Assembly: GCA_965202585.1 (NCBI GenBank) | Contig: OZ241832.1 | Location: 31,868,001-31,932,000 of the forward strand | DNA length: 64,000 nt | Direction of reading: 5' to 3' | From: Thalia democratica | Lineage: Eukaryota | In this document: positions 34,047 through 46,095 of the stretch, one piece after another | Layout of the letters: the number at the start of each line of letters is the position of its first letter | How positions within the stretch are numbered: position 1 is the first letter of the stretch | Translations under genes and position numbers: made by a program | The notes under the pieces: model-generated | Databases searched by the model: none | What the model was told of the DNA's origin: nothing | What the model saw: the letters and a program-made list of their open reading frames with translations, nothing else

Positions 34047-34188
34047 CAGGAGCAGTGATTCCTAACAGTCCCATCTCGCCAAGCTTCAGCCAGAAATCTC
34101 TCATTTGCACAAATGTGTTGTCCCTGTCAATGATGTCAGCGTGGGGTTGCAACTCGTCAGCACAAAACCTTCTGATGGAACTTCTCAA
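34047..34188 (-). CDS. IVD: IVD exon 2: LRSSIRRFCADELQPHADIIDRDNTFVQMRDFWLKLGEMGLLGITAP
   Basis: ttttaccag acceptor, G|gtttgt donor; W-KLG-MGLLGIT motif. Confidence 0.96.
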
Positions 34189-36291
34189 CTGGTAAAAAAC
34201 AGTAGATAATAAATAATAAGTAGGAAATAATACATAAAAAAGAATAAATACATTATAAATACAACATCAATTGAAAAGTATTTTAAAATGTTATAATGGT
34301 CATTTAAAAAAGATAAACTACTTAAACTTCTATAGTTCTATAAGGATGTGAATGCAGGAACATCATTATATTATTTCTCACACTAATAAATATATTTAAG
34401 ATAATAATAATATATATTATATAATTCAGACAGTTTTTTAGTAACTCTACTATTTATATCAGAAGGACTTTCTTATAGATACTGATTCTAATGGAACTGC
34501 ATGAAAAACAAGTATAAGTACAAAAGTATTTTGAAAAATAGTTATTTACACTACAGCGGTCAATTCTAAAAGATTTTTTGGTAATTAAATTACTTAAGTA
34601 AAAGGTATTTTTTACTTGAACTTTTCAACTGCATAAAATAATAAGCTTCAGTAGAAATTCAAAAGAAAAATGTTTATTTAAAAAATATAACAGACAAATT
34701 TGACTACTTGTTTAAATAATACTAATATACTGACTGTTTTTTTCAGTTTGAAAATAATTAGATTCAGTTAAAATATTTTACAGTTATTTAGTTTGTTATA
34801 AATGTCAATTGAAATAGTTACTGATCTTATTGCTAATAATGCTGATTATACTGCTATTCTGATTAAACTTAATTAAGGGCATAGTGGGGTAAAACACTTT
34901 TTTGAAATATAATCTTATTTTCTATAGTTTTTACTAAGCTACAAGATACTTTTTACAGATTACAAAAGTTCAAAATAAATTTTAGATATAGCCAGTCAAT
35001 GTCAGAGGCAGCAATAGGATCCTTATGGGAAGCACAAACTAAAACAGCAAATAACTAGAAATCACTAAAAATCTATCTTCTCCTACGTTTTTTGAGATAA
35101 CTACCTCAAATTTTCAGGAGATGTTCCTTGCAGTATTTAGAAAATTCTGTCTTATTTTTTTCTCTCTTATCAAATTTCTCTCTTATCAAATATCTCTCTT
35201 GACAAAATTTTAAAAAATTAAAAAACTAAAACATTATAATAAGGAAAAAAAAATGTCTTTTTGTTTATTTTTAATATATAATTTATATTTTTTAATTTTC
35301 TTTAAATTCTATAATTATACTTTTAATTTGATACTTAAAAAATACTTCCATTTTCAAAGAGTTACTTTACTTTACTTATGAGTCTTAAACAAAAAACAAA
35401 AATATATACTGTACTAGTTTATTCATAGCATAAAGAAATATTATTTTTCACATCTGTTTTCTTGTTGTGCAGATAAGATCTGTAACCAAGTTTTTCAGCC
35501 TGATTCAGTTTAAAACATGTTTATTTTTATGTTCATAATTTACATTGATAGTTTTGAATAGTTCTAATAAATTGTGTACTAACATGTACAATGAAACTAT
35601 AGTAATGCTTGCTTATGCATGAAAACTGTTTGCTGAAAATCTAGTGTACACCGATTTTTGTTTACTGATTTATGGTGCAAGGCTTTTTAAAAAGTAGGTA
35701 CGACAATATGCTACCAAGAAAATTAACAAAGCAAAATCAACTTCAATAAGAAATCAAATAAAAGGCGCAAGAAGCTTATCAAACTAAAAGTTCCAGTTTA
35801 AAGTTAGATAACAGACTACAACATTCAAGAAACATATGTATATTTGAAAAGTATAATTTAATAATAATAACAAAAAATCAAAAACTAAATTTATACATTT
35901 TGAGTATAAATTCAAAGAAAGAAGCTGAGCTAAGCAATATAACATTACTGTTTCAAAATTAGTTCATCAGTTACATTGTGATTTTAAAGTAAATTAAAAT
36001 ACTTCAATTTTTTATATATAATTTTATTAAATTATTAAAAAAGACTTGAAATAAACTTAAATGTAACTAAAAACAATTCTACACATTTATTTGATATAAT
36101 AAAAGAAAGTTTTATAATAATAGTAGATAACTAATACAAATATAAACAACTAAATTAAATTTAAACTTATTAGAAAAACTAATTTATAATTTCTAAATTG
36201 TAATAACATATAATTAAACTGATTATGTCAACAAATACCAACTATGACAAATATTTTAATTATAATTTAAAAAGGTATTTAAAAAACCAAC

Positions 36292-36438
36292 TTCTTTTTG
36301 TTCATCGCTGAATCCAAGCAGGTCGTCATCCAGGCCAATGCCAGCCGTGCTGTACTTTTTCACATAAATGGAAGCCGCAAACCTGTTCATCGGCTGGCAG
36401 TTTGCACAAAACTTCAATGCCCTCTGTAGCACTTTCAT
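36292..36438 (-). CDS. IVD: IVD exon 1 with mitochondrial presequence: MKVLQRALKFCANCQPMNRFAASIYVKKYSTAGIGLDDDLLGFSDEQKE
   Basis: ATG at 36438; basic N-terminus lacking acidic residues; GAA|gttggt donor in phase 0. Confidence 0.9.
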
Positions 36439-39400
36439 TTTCAATTATTAAAATCTGTGAGTGTTGTTATAATCTTCTGACATGTTTTAGTTAGTTTTAT
36501 GAAAGGTCATTGATATTTGTTAACAGTTTTGTTGATGTAAAAGGTGTTTAAGCAAACTAAAGTACAGCAGTTTGGTAACATATTTGATGTGAATATTTTT
36601 TACTGAATTTAAATAGATTTTAAATCAAATAGATTAGTATAAACTTAATATAAAAAGATTAGTATAAATATATTAGTATAAATTGAAATTAAATAGATTA
36701 GTATAAACAGAAGTGTTTCAAAACTGTAGAATTAAGTTTTGTTTTGGGATTTGTTAAAAAAAAATTTAGAAGTTTTAAACTTTTGTTATTTTAATTTTAA
36801 AACAGGGGCTTTAATTTTATTGATATCCAGATGATAATTAAGAGAAATACATATCAATAGTATTTGTTTATCTTTTTTTATCTATTTAAAATAAAAGTAG
36901 TTTCTTTATTATTATTCTAGTATTAATTATTTAAATATATGTGCCTACAGTATCAATTTTAATTATTGAACCTACACTAAAGTTTAAGTGTGTCATTCGA
37001 AATTATTTACTTATTCAATGTTTGAGGCATAATAGTCATTGTGAGTTTTTTAAAACTACTTTGAATGTCATCAAGCTAGACTTATTTTTATAAAAATATC
37101 AAAAAATAATAATAACAGCCTAAACCTTACTTTTTGTCACAAAATTACTAAAAAATACTAAAATATGATCAAGAAAAATATCCATACTAGCCTGAGTTAT
37201 CCTGAGCATGTGAAAACCCAGTAGAAAGGTTTAATAATTTAAAAACTTAGACATATACAAATTTTTATAACATTTTGTGCAGTAAGTTGGTCTAAAATCT
37301 TCATAAGTAGTATTATTCATCTGCTTATGGAGCAAGAACTTATGGTGAACATTTTAAGTTGTGATGTTTGAACTTTAGAATTGTTAAGAAGTGTTGTTCA
37401 GACACAGCTACTACATTGCTGTAGAATTTCAAGTTATTAAAAAAATTATTTAAATTCAGAATTAAATTATATTTTATTGCATAATGAGACTGGTGTTTAT
37501 CTACCCTTTGAAAGGAGTTAAAGGGGTAAGTCAAGTTACATATGATGAAATTTGCTTGTTTTTGCACAACTTTATTGTTAAATTGGGGAAAACATATATA
37601 ATTATGTTTTTTCGCTTAAATAACTGCACTCTACTATCCCCCAAAAAAAGTGTATTTTATTAGTGCACGAGCCACATTTAAGGTTTGGTAAACTACTAAG
37701 ATGTAAGGTATAAATTTACAAATTTTTTTTTTATATCTTTTATTAAAGCAAATATATAATAAATAAATTGGCATTTGAAACAAGTTTTAAACTTTTGATG
37801 AGCTTAATGATTTTGAGTCAAAGTTACAAAACAATTCAATATCTGACAATTCAATTTGTTTTTTCTACTTACAGTATTTCGTAATTTAAATTCTTATTTT
37901 TATAAACCTAAATAATTCTAATTAAATATTCAACAGCTGATCGTGAGTTAACTTTGGTGGCAGTGATCACATGATTGGATTTTTGGTGTGATTTTTTTTG
38001 TTGTAGCACCTGTGAACACAATTAAATTGGGGATTTGAGTTTCATGATTTTTTCACACTTAGAGGTTTTTAGTGTTGAGATTTTAACTTTGTGAGTGTTT
38101 GCCAAATTAAGTGTCACCAAGGGATTTTTTTTGAGTTAAATAGATAGTTTTTTATTTAATTTTAATTTTTTTGGTTAGTTAAGTTTTTATTTTAAATGGG
38201 GAGGTAGAATTACAGTTTATGATAAATTGCTTGCTTGACCTTTCAAAAACCTTTATTGTTGTAGAGGGAAAAGTAAGTCTGATGCTTTTCAACCATAAAA
38301 AAAATCCAATAATTCAAATTCTTTAAGAAATGTTGAAGGGTCACAACTCAAAAAGTAATTTATATTGAAAAAAATTATAAATAATAATTGTTTGTCTTAC
38401 TTGTGTACACAAAAAACTTTTATTTTTTGAGAAAGTTTAAATATTTTTGAGACATTTAGAAAATACTATATTCTAAAACTTACCTATCAAAAAATATTTA
38501 AAATTTTGCAAATAAGAAAAAAATGGCTTGTAGATAAGACCTAAATACAAATTTTTTTTAAGAATTTGAATTGTGGTGCATCCCAAATTACACCTAAATA
38601 TGAACCAATGGTTTTGTTTTGTATGTTGCAACATTAGCTTTAAGGTTGCAATGGGTTTGCATTTTAACATTCAGCGTTAAACTTGTTAAGGATTAGAATT
38701 AATTACAGGAGAGTAAATTTAAGTTTGAAAAAAATTTTAGATTTAAAATATTTTTTTTTTACTCATAACAAAATAAGATAATAAAAAGTTAAGTAAGACT
38801 AACTTAGATAATAAGACTTACTTAAAGAAATTAAAAAAAGAACTATTGTACTGAACAAGACGTTAAAATGTATCCGTGGTGTGCGACCCGATAATCGAAA
38901 GGTTTTTGTGCATCAGGATTCAGGTCCTACGACAAAATATTTAAGCGTCTTTTTTTTTCCTTCAATAAACTTTAATAGTGAAGGGTAAGATTTCTGATAA
39001 AAGTTTTGATTTGTTATTTTTTAAATAGGTAAGCAATCGGCACGGTAGCCTTTTTTAAGTCGCGTCGCGGGCTTTATTTTTCAGAAATTACATCTTTGCG
39101 GGTCTCTGTTATTTTATAACAATTGTAAAAATCAATAAAAAATGCTGTTTCAAACCAAAAAGGATGAAGTAATCAATTTTAGAGCACTTGTATAGTTTGT
39201 TTAGCGACAAATACGCGATAAAAAAGTTTGTGTTAAGGACCTGGTGGCTGGCGTACATTAAGACCTTTTAGTTATCGAGTAATACACCATTTGGATAGCT
39301 TTTAAAGCTTTTAATGTCTTGTGTAGGACAATTTAAAAGTATGAGTAAAATAAAGAGCCTGGTTACAAATTTTCCTTTTTTTCAGTATGTTTTTACCTAA

Positions 39401-42095
39401 AAAGTAACTCGCGGGCAGTAGATTTTGGCTTTAGCGTTGCACAAAGCCTGCAGGCCATAGATTACCAAACTTAACTCTATTGATTTATTTCTAAATTAAT
39501 ACTTGAATTAAAACTTTGATTATAAACATAATTTATGAAAAACAAAAAAAAAAGTAAGTACTGCTATACTAAACAAAAGAGTTATAGAGTAAAATTTACT
39601 CAGTCAATTAAACTTTTTTGGTCTTATATTAAACATATAAAATAAGATAATTAATTTGACATTAACTAAAAACGAACAAAGAACTTAACCGTTAACAAAC
39701 ATATAAGATGCTTTAAATTTTGGCAAACTGCTGGTGCTGCATTTAAAAGCAAAAATTTCAGGCCTGCTACGTATATTTTACCTAAAAATGTATTTTTAAA
39801 AACAAATTTTTGGTGGTAAAAATTTACTTTTCAGCTCGAAATTCCAAAACCATTATTTTACTATCGCTTATTTTATTGCATTGTAGTTTTAAAGTAGCAT
39901 ATATAAAATTATATTTAACATTATTTTTTTAATAGCTGTGGTCAGCGAGAATTTAAAAAAAATTCTGTCAGCGATTTATAAGTTTTTGCTCATCACTGTT
40001 TTAATATAGTTTAAACTTTATTTATTGAGCCTTAATTTAATATAATAAAATAAGCATTTTAGAATACTGACATAAACCAATTTTTTTAAACTTATTTATT
40101 TTCAACGTTTTAAAATTCTGATAATAATAAACTATTTAAGTGTTTAACAATTTACTTATGACTACCAAACTTTAAAGAAAGCTATAGGTATGGAAATACT
40201 TTTCACTTTGATTTATTATTTTTTTAAGCTCATTATAGTAAATTTAAGCATGTAGTCCACGACACTATGACTGAGAGATATTTTTGTACACAAGGTCCTT
40301 AGACATTTTTTTTGAGTATTTTCGTTTGTGTTCAACAAACCTTTTATGTTTTTAGTCACTTTTAACTACATAAGTTTTCATACAAGTCACAAAAATATTG
40401 GAAAGCCAAAAAAAAATTCAATAATGGTTTTCTGGTATATTCAATAGTTTATTTATGAACATTTTTGTATTGCATCTTTATTATATAGTCATTTAAAATT
40501 GCTTAGTTAAGTATCAATAAATACTATAATTATCAAAATTGCGTTAACATTATCTCACGTGTCACCCATATAAAAGTATGCTATTTTAAACTTTGTTTTT
40601 TAAGTTTATGTAAGTCTAAATATCATAAAGCTGTTATTAAGTAACTAATTGAACTTCGTCCATAAAATATTTAAAAGTTATAAAAAAACTATATATTGAT
40701 GCATTATGAATTTATTTTTTACTAACTAACTATAAGTTTTCAAATATTCTAACCACTTTTGCACAAAACTTTGGATAAGATTATATTTAATCGTACCTAA
40801 AGTAAAACTCATTGTTACACTCAAATTTTTTTCGAGGTTTTTAGTAAAAATACTTTTGTTTTTGTATAACTTATCATAATTATACTTTATTTTCTAGTAA
40901 AATAAAAGTTATTAAAATTGTTTTAATAAACAAATTGAAGCTGTTCTGAATACTTTTTACGTTTCAAAACTTATTTCAAAAAAAAAAAAAAAAACTCAGA
41001 ATGCGTAGTAGTTGTTAAATTATAATCTTTTGTAAGAAATATATGTAAAGCAACTTAGTGCTGCTAATTATACAATAAAAATTTTTATACAAATTCAATA
41101 CCTTAAGTTTTTTTTCTTGAAAAATAACTAAATCATTACACAGTTTAGTACTCCTTTGAACACTTTAGTATCAATATTTTAATTGTTTGAAGTTCTACAT
41201 ATAACTTATAGTTCTGAAAATAATAGTTTCGTTTTAAAACGTCTTTATACTATTAAACAATATTTTTATTCTATACTGTAGTTGCTTATAAAATTAATAA
41301 AAAAATATAACTGCAATGTTTTAGACAAAGCAAAACTTCTTCGCGATTCGTAACTTTCGCAACTTTTGGTTGAGCGAATGGGTCTTTCATAAAAACAATT
41401 ATTAATTTAAGCTTTTTGTTTTTTAATATATTTTTTACTGCGAAAGATTAGGGTTCATGGCTTAAGCCTAAAAACCAACGGTTGTAGATGCTAGATTGCG
41501 AACGAAATACGTGAAAAAAAAGGTAAATTATAAGAATCAGGGGTGTTTAGTTAAAAACAAGGGTATGAAGGTCATTTTGTTAAAGTTTAAAATTAAGTAT
41601 ACTTTCTTTTGAATTTAAGGAAATCAATAGATTAATAAAAATGTTGGGGTTGTGTAATATATATTAAAGTTAAAAACTAAGTGTATAGTGAAGCATAAAG
41701 ACAAAGGATATCTGTGCAAAAGTAAAATCCTTGGTAAACTGACACTAACCCGTTTAAGATGTGAGTTTACTTTAGAGCTTTAACTGTATCTTAACATAAA
41801 AAACTTTACACAAAATAAGTTTTAATCTTATTGTCTATGTTGAACATAGTCTAAAATACGTTATACAAATTTAGTTTTAAGTTTAATAGTTAGAGTTAAA
41901 TACAGTGCGTAAAACTTTATACAACTTAAGTTTTAGGTTTAGTTGCTAAAATTAAACATAGAAACCAAAAAGTTTCAATTCTAATTCAGTCGTAAACTTT
42001 AGTTTTCATAATAAATATAAATTAATTCTTTGTCGGTTACAAATAGTTAGTTTTTGGAAAAAAGTTGATTTTAATTAAGTTTAAACAAATCATTG

Positions 42096-43754
42096 TTATT
42101 TTTTTTCCTTTATTCCATCTCTGGCAGCAAAAGAATCTCTCGCGTCTTTTTTTATTATGTTTTTAACTTTAGTTTCTATGTTTGATATTTTTATGTCTTT
42201 TGTTTTAACCTTCATATTTTTATTTTGTTTCGAATTTTTGTTTTTCTTTCTGTTTTGAATTTTTCTTGTTCTCTTGTTTTTCATTTTGTTTTGCTTTTTA
42301 TTTTGCTTTTTGTTTAGTTTTTTCCTTAGTTTTTTGTATTTTTTTAAGTTTCGTTTTCTGTTTTGCTTTTTTTTCTGCCTTTTATTTTGCTTCTTTTTTG
42401 ACTTTTTAAACTGCTTTCTCTTTTTGTTATTCTTGCGCTTACCAATACCTTTTTCTCTTAAAATTTTCTCCTTTTTTACTGGCAAGTCATCTTTCGCTAA
42501 ACCGTTCGGAATCTCAGAATCGGGATCCGCTATAACCACTCCAAACCCGTGTTGAGAATGAAGCAAATTCTTCTTCCTACCGTCAGCAGCTATGCCTTTC
42601 TGCCAATGTGCAGGCATCATACCGGAGTGATGACGTCTTCTGGCAAGCAGCAGTTTGCGGTAAAGATCATCGTGCGTGTTCGTCATCATGTACGGCATGT
42701 AGTGGTAATCTTGTTTTTTCCTTTGTTTCTTGTCTTGCTTTATATTTTGAATTTTGTTTCGTTTTTTGTTTTGTTTTTTGTTTTGCTTTCTGTTTTCATT
42801 ATCTTTACGCTTAACATATTTTTCCTTCCTCAACATTTTATCACTCGGTAATTTTTTTGCTGGCGTGTTACCAGCTACCGCGTCTTTTCGCCAATTACTT
42901 GGAATCTCAAAACCACTTGGCACTTCGACCAAAATATTACTCTCATTTCGACTGTCTGACGGTATGTTGTACTTATTCCTGTAATATTCGGGAATGTTGG
43001 AACCACTCGGCACTTGGACTAATCTGCGACCACCGTTGCTACCCGAATAAAACATTTCCTTGCTTGGACGGACGAGTTCAGGCAGGTCATTTCCGTTATC
43101 GCGATTCTGTTGGAACTCCGATTTTTTGTGATGCGGGTTCGCGTTTCCGTGAGCGTTTGCAAGCGGACCATCGCCTCTCGGGACCGGCTCGACCGAAAGA
43201 GAATCTCCAGCGGAATCTTTTAATTTCTTCTTCGGCTTGACTTGACTGCTATTGCTACGCGGATTCAAATTGTAGTTTTTACTGTTTGACAGTCTGAGGG
43301 TTGGTTCAATGACGTCATTTCTGTTATCGTGAGCTAAGTTGGCCATGGTTCGAACTCGGAATGATCTGAACTGTTTCTTCGTCTTTTCGTCGTCTTTCCA
43401 CGGCATCATGTGCAAGTAGGAATTGTCGATCTTAGGAGCCGTTCCGTGATGAAGAAAAAGATCAGGTATCGGCTTGAGATAATTGTTTTTTTGATCGATG
43501 ATTAGCTTTTGGTCACCTCGAAGATATTTATGAACTTTTCTGAGTCGAGGCTTCGCGCTTCCGGCCCTCATTCGGTTTTCAAACGCCATTTTGTTCGGCT
43601 CTCCGTGCAGCAGGGAAGCCCGCTTGTCGACGTTTCCCGCGTTTTTTTCGTGCTGTTGCAGAAGTTTTCTGAACTCTTCAACGGTCGGAACTTTGCCAGC
43701 CGGCAAACCGCAGGCCAGAGCGATCAGTGAAGCGAGAATGAGAATCAGTTTCAT
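42096..43754 (-). CDS. Secreted Lys/Arg-rich protein, paralog B (552 aa, intact)
   Basis: Signal peptide MKLILILASLIALACG; first ~135 aa roughly 80% identical to paralog A by eye; KKQNKK low-complexity tracts; intronless. Confidence 0.88.
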   Translation of the reverse strand: MKLILILASLIALACGLPAGKVPTVEEFRKLLQQHEKNAGNVDKRASLLHGEPNKMAFENRMRAGSAKPRLRKVHKYLRGDQKLIIDQKNNYLKPIPDLFLHHGTAPKIDNSYLHMMPWKDDEKTKKQFRSFRVRTMANLAHDNRNDVIEPTLRLSNSKNYNLNPRSNSSQVKPKKKLKDSAGDSLSVEPVPRGDGPLANAHGNANPHHKKSEFQQNRDNGNDLPELVRPSKEMFYSGSNGGRRLVQVPSGSNIPEYYRNKYNIPSDSRNESNILVEVPSGFEIPSNWRKDAVAGNTPAKKLPSDKMLRKEKYVKRKDNENRKQNKKQNKKRNKIQNIKQDKKQRKKQDYHYMPYMMTNTHDDLYRKLLLARRRHHSGMMPAHWQKGIAADGRKKNLLHSQHGFGVVIADPDSEIPNGLAKDDLPVKKEKILREKGIGKRKNNKKRKQFKKSKKKQNKRQKKKQNRKRNLKKYKKLRKKLNKKQNKKQNKMKNKRTRKIQNRKKNKNSKQNKNMKVKTKDIKISNIETKVKNIIKKDARDSFAARDGIKEKK

Positions 43755-45424
43755 GTTTGGGAAATACCTGTGATTTCGTTTGTAAAGTTTCGACGTTTAA
43801 TTTGATATAAATGTAGAAATGAATTTCAAAACTTTTCTGTAAACCATAAAGTTTCCTTTTTTTAAGTAATAACTTCATTATTTTTTAGTGATACAAAAAC
43901 CGATGAGCTTTTCAAAAAAGTTTGAAATATTATAAAAATGTTTATTAGAAATTCAACAACTAATTGTAGTTTAAGTATTTTTTAATATTTAATTTCTAAA
44001 ATTATTTTGTTTAACTTTTTAAATTTTACACTATTTTTAATTATTTTATTTATCTGTTTTACTTATATCTAACACAGAATAAAAACAGTGATAATTCTAA
44101 ATGATATTAATTTTTCTGTCTAAATAAAGTAGAAGACACAAAATATATATAGCGTACCTTTTACGTGACAAAGTTTCTTTTATTTCTACTTTACTTTGTT
44201 TTTTTTTTAATTAAAAAGAAATATGTGGGTGGAATATTTAAAACAAAATTTCAAAACTTGCTGAAAAATTGACTTTTGGCACAGATTAAAAAAGTTTAAT
44301 AACTTATATAAGCTTTGTTCTTTTTATTGAAAATAACAGTTTATGTTTTATAATATAACAACAAATCTATAAAAACATTAAGTTAAATATAAATTGATCT
44401 AAGTGTAAGTTCGTACACTTTTACTTGAAAAATATTGTTTAGACGCTAAGTTTCAAAAATTTTATAACTTTAAAATACATAATTTTTATTTATAACAGAA
44501 ATAAGTTAATTGCATTTATGCCATGACGTTATCAACAAACCGATTCTATTTACATACTATAACCCGAAAAAATTGTTTACAACTGAGTTTATGTTTTTAA
44601 TAGGTAAAATTTTTTTTTGTTTAGATATGAATGTAAACTTATTCTTAAAAAAGATTTTTACTTATTTTAAAACAAAACTGTCTGCCAGTCTAATATTCTT
44701 TATTATTTATTACAAGCTTAAAGCACCATTTTTTTCATTTAAAGTTATTTAAGTTAGCAAAATTTATTTATTGTTTTAGATAAAATTATTAGTTTTTACT
44801 AGTTTAAGTATTTTAAGAAATTACTTATAATCACAGTTTTTCTCGTCTTAAAACTTAACAACAAAGATAAAGTTTTAACTTAATTGTATAATTATAAGTG
44901 TTGTTATTTTTATGCAAATTTGAAACAATTTGTAAAATTGCAAATAATTAATTTATTATTAATCATTAAATTTATTATTAATTTTTGAAAAGGTATAAGA
45001 CTTATTTTTAGAAATTTTAACTTTTCTCCGTTTTCACAGTACTATTTTATTTTCAGTTTAAAAACCAAAAACAACAGAAAAACTTCTTAAAATAGTTTAT
45101 ACTGCTTTTAAAACAGTGATACTTTTTTATAACAATTTATTATACAAAATTATATAAAAAAATAAGTTATCAATTTTTTAAAGTACTGTTGTTTATTTTA
45201 CGAAAAAAAGTTTCAAATCTATTTTCTTAGTTTTTTATACGTTTTTGACTAAAAAGGAAAACATATAATAGTATCAATATTTCTGACTTGAATAAAGAGT
45301 GCAAGCTTTTTCAGACAAAAATTAAAATTATTAAAGTATTTCTACTTTTACTTAAGTTTATATTTTATTACCTCTAATAAAATAACAAATTGGTATACTA
45401 TTCAAAATAAAGTATCAAAAATTT

Positions 45425-46095
45425 GGGTAGCTGTCTAACTTGATAAAATTGCACGAAGACACTTTTGCACGAGCAGACAATTTTGCACGGAGACATTTTT
45501 GCACGGGTTGAATTGTTTTTTTTTTTAGTTTTTGATTAATTGTAATTTCTAAGTTTTTTTATTTAACTTTTTTTACTATCACTGTTTCCCCTAACTCTTA
45601 CAAGGGTCGGTAACTTGTTTTTTTAATAAAATTTTGGTTTTTTAAATTGTTTTTTATTTTTATTACTACTTTTTTTTTTAATTATTATTAGTTTATTTTT
45701 TACTATAACTGTTACCCCTAACCCTCAGTCGGTAGCTTTTTTTTCTTTTAAATTAATTAATTTTTATCTATTAATTTTTTCTAAACAATTTTTACTAGTT
45801 GTTTTTTATATTTATTTTTACTATTACTGTTACCCCTAACCCTTACCCTCGGTCAGTAACTTTTATATTTTAATTAATTTATCTTTTAGTTTTTTTTTTG
45901 TTTTTGTTTTTGTATATATCTTTTTTCAGTTTTTTTTTCTCTCGTGCAAAAATGATCCTCCGTGCAAAATTGACCCTCGCTGCAAAATTGTCTACGTGAA
46001 ATTTGTTCTCTCGTGCAAATTTGTCTCGGTGCAAAAGTATACTTGTGCAGTTTTGTGCCCTCGTGCAGTTTAGTAACCTCGTGAATTTAAGACCT
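45425..46095. mobile_element. Long MITE, 'TGCACGA' family with three GTTACCCCTAACCCTTACCCTCGGT cores
   Basis: Left end gggtagctgtc is the reverse complement of the 6133-6143 end; tgcacg arrays left, cgtgca arrays right. Confidence 0.8.

Noticed and set aside
42274-43878. Phe/Leu/Cys-rich ORFs overlapping paralog B (and 9167-10062 overlapping A)
   Set aside because: Antisense or alternate-frame shadows of Lys/Asn-rich coding sequence
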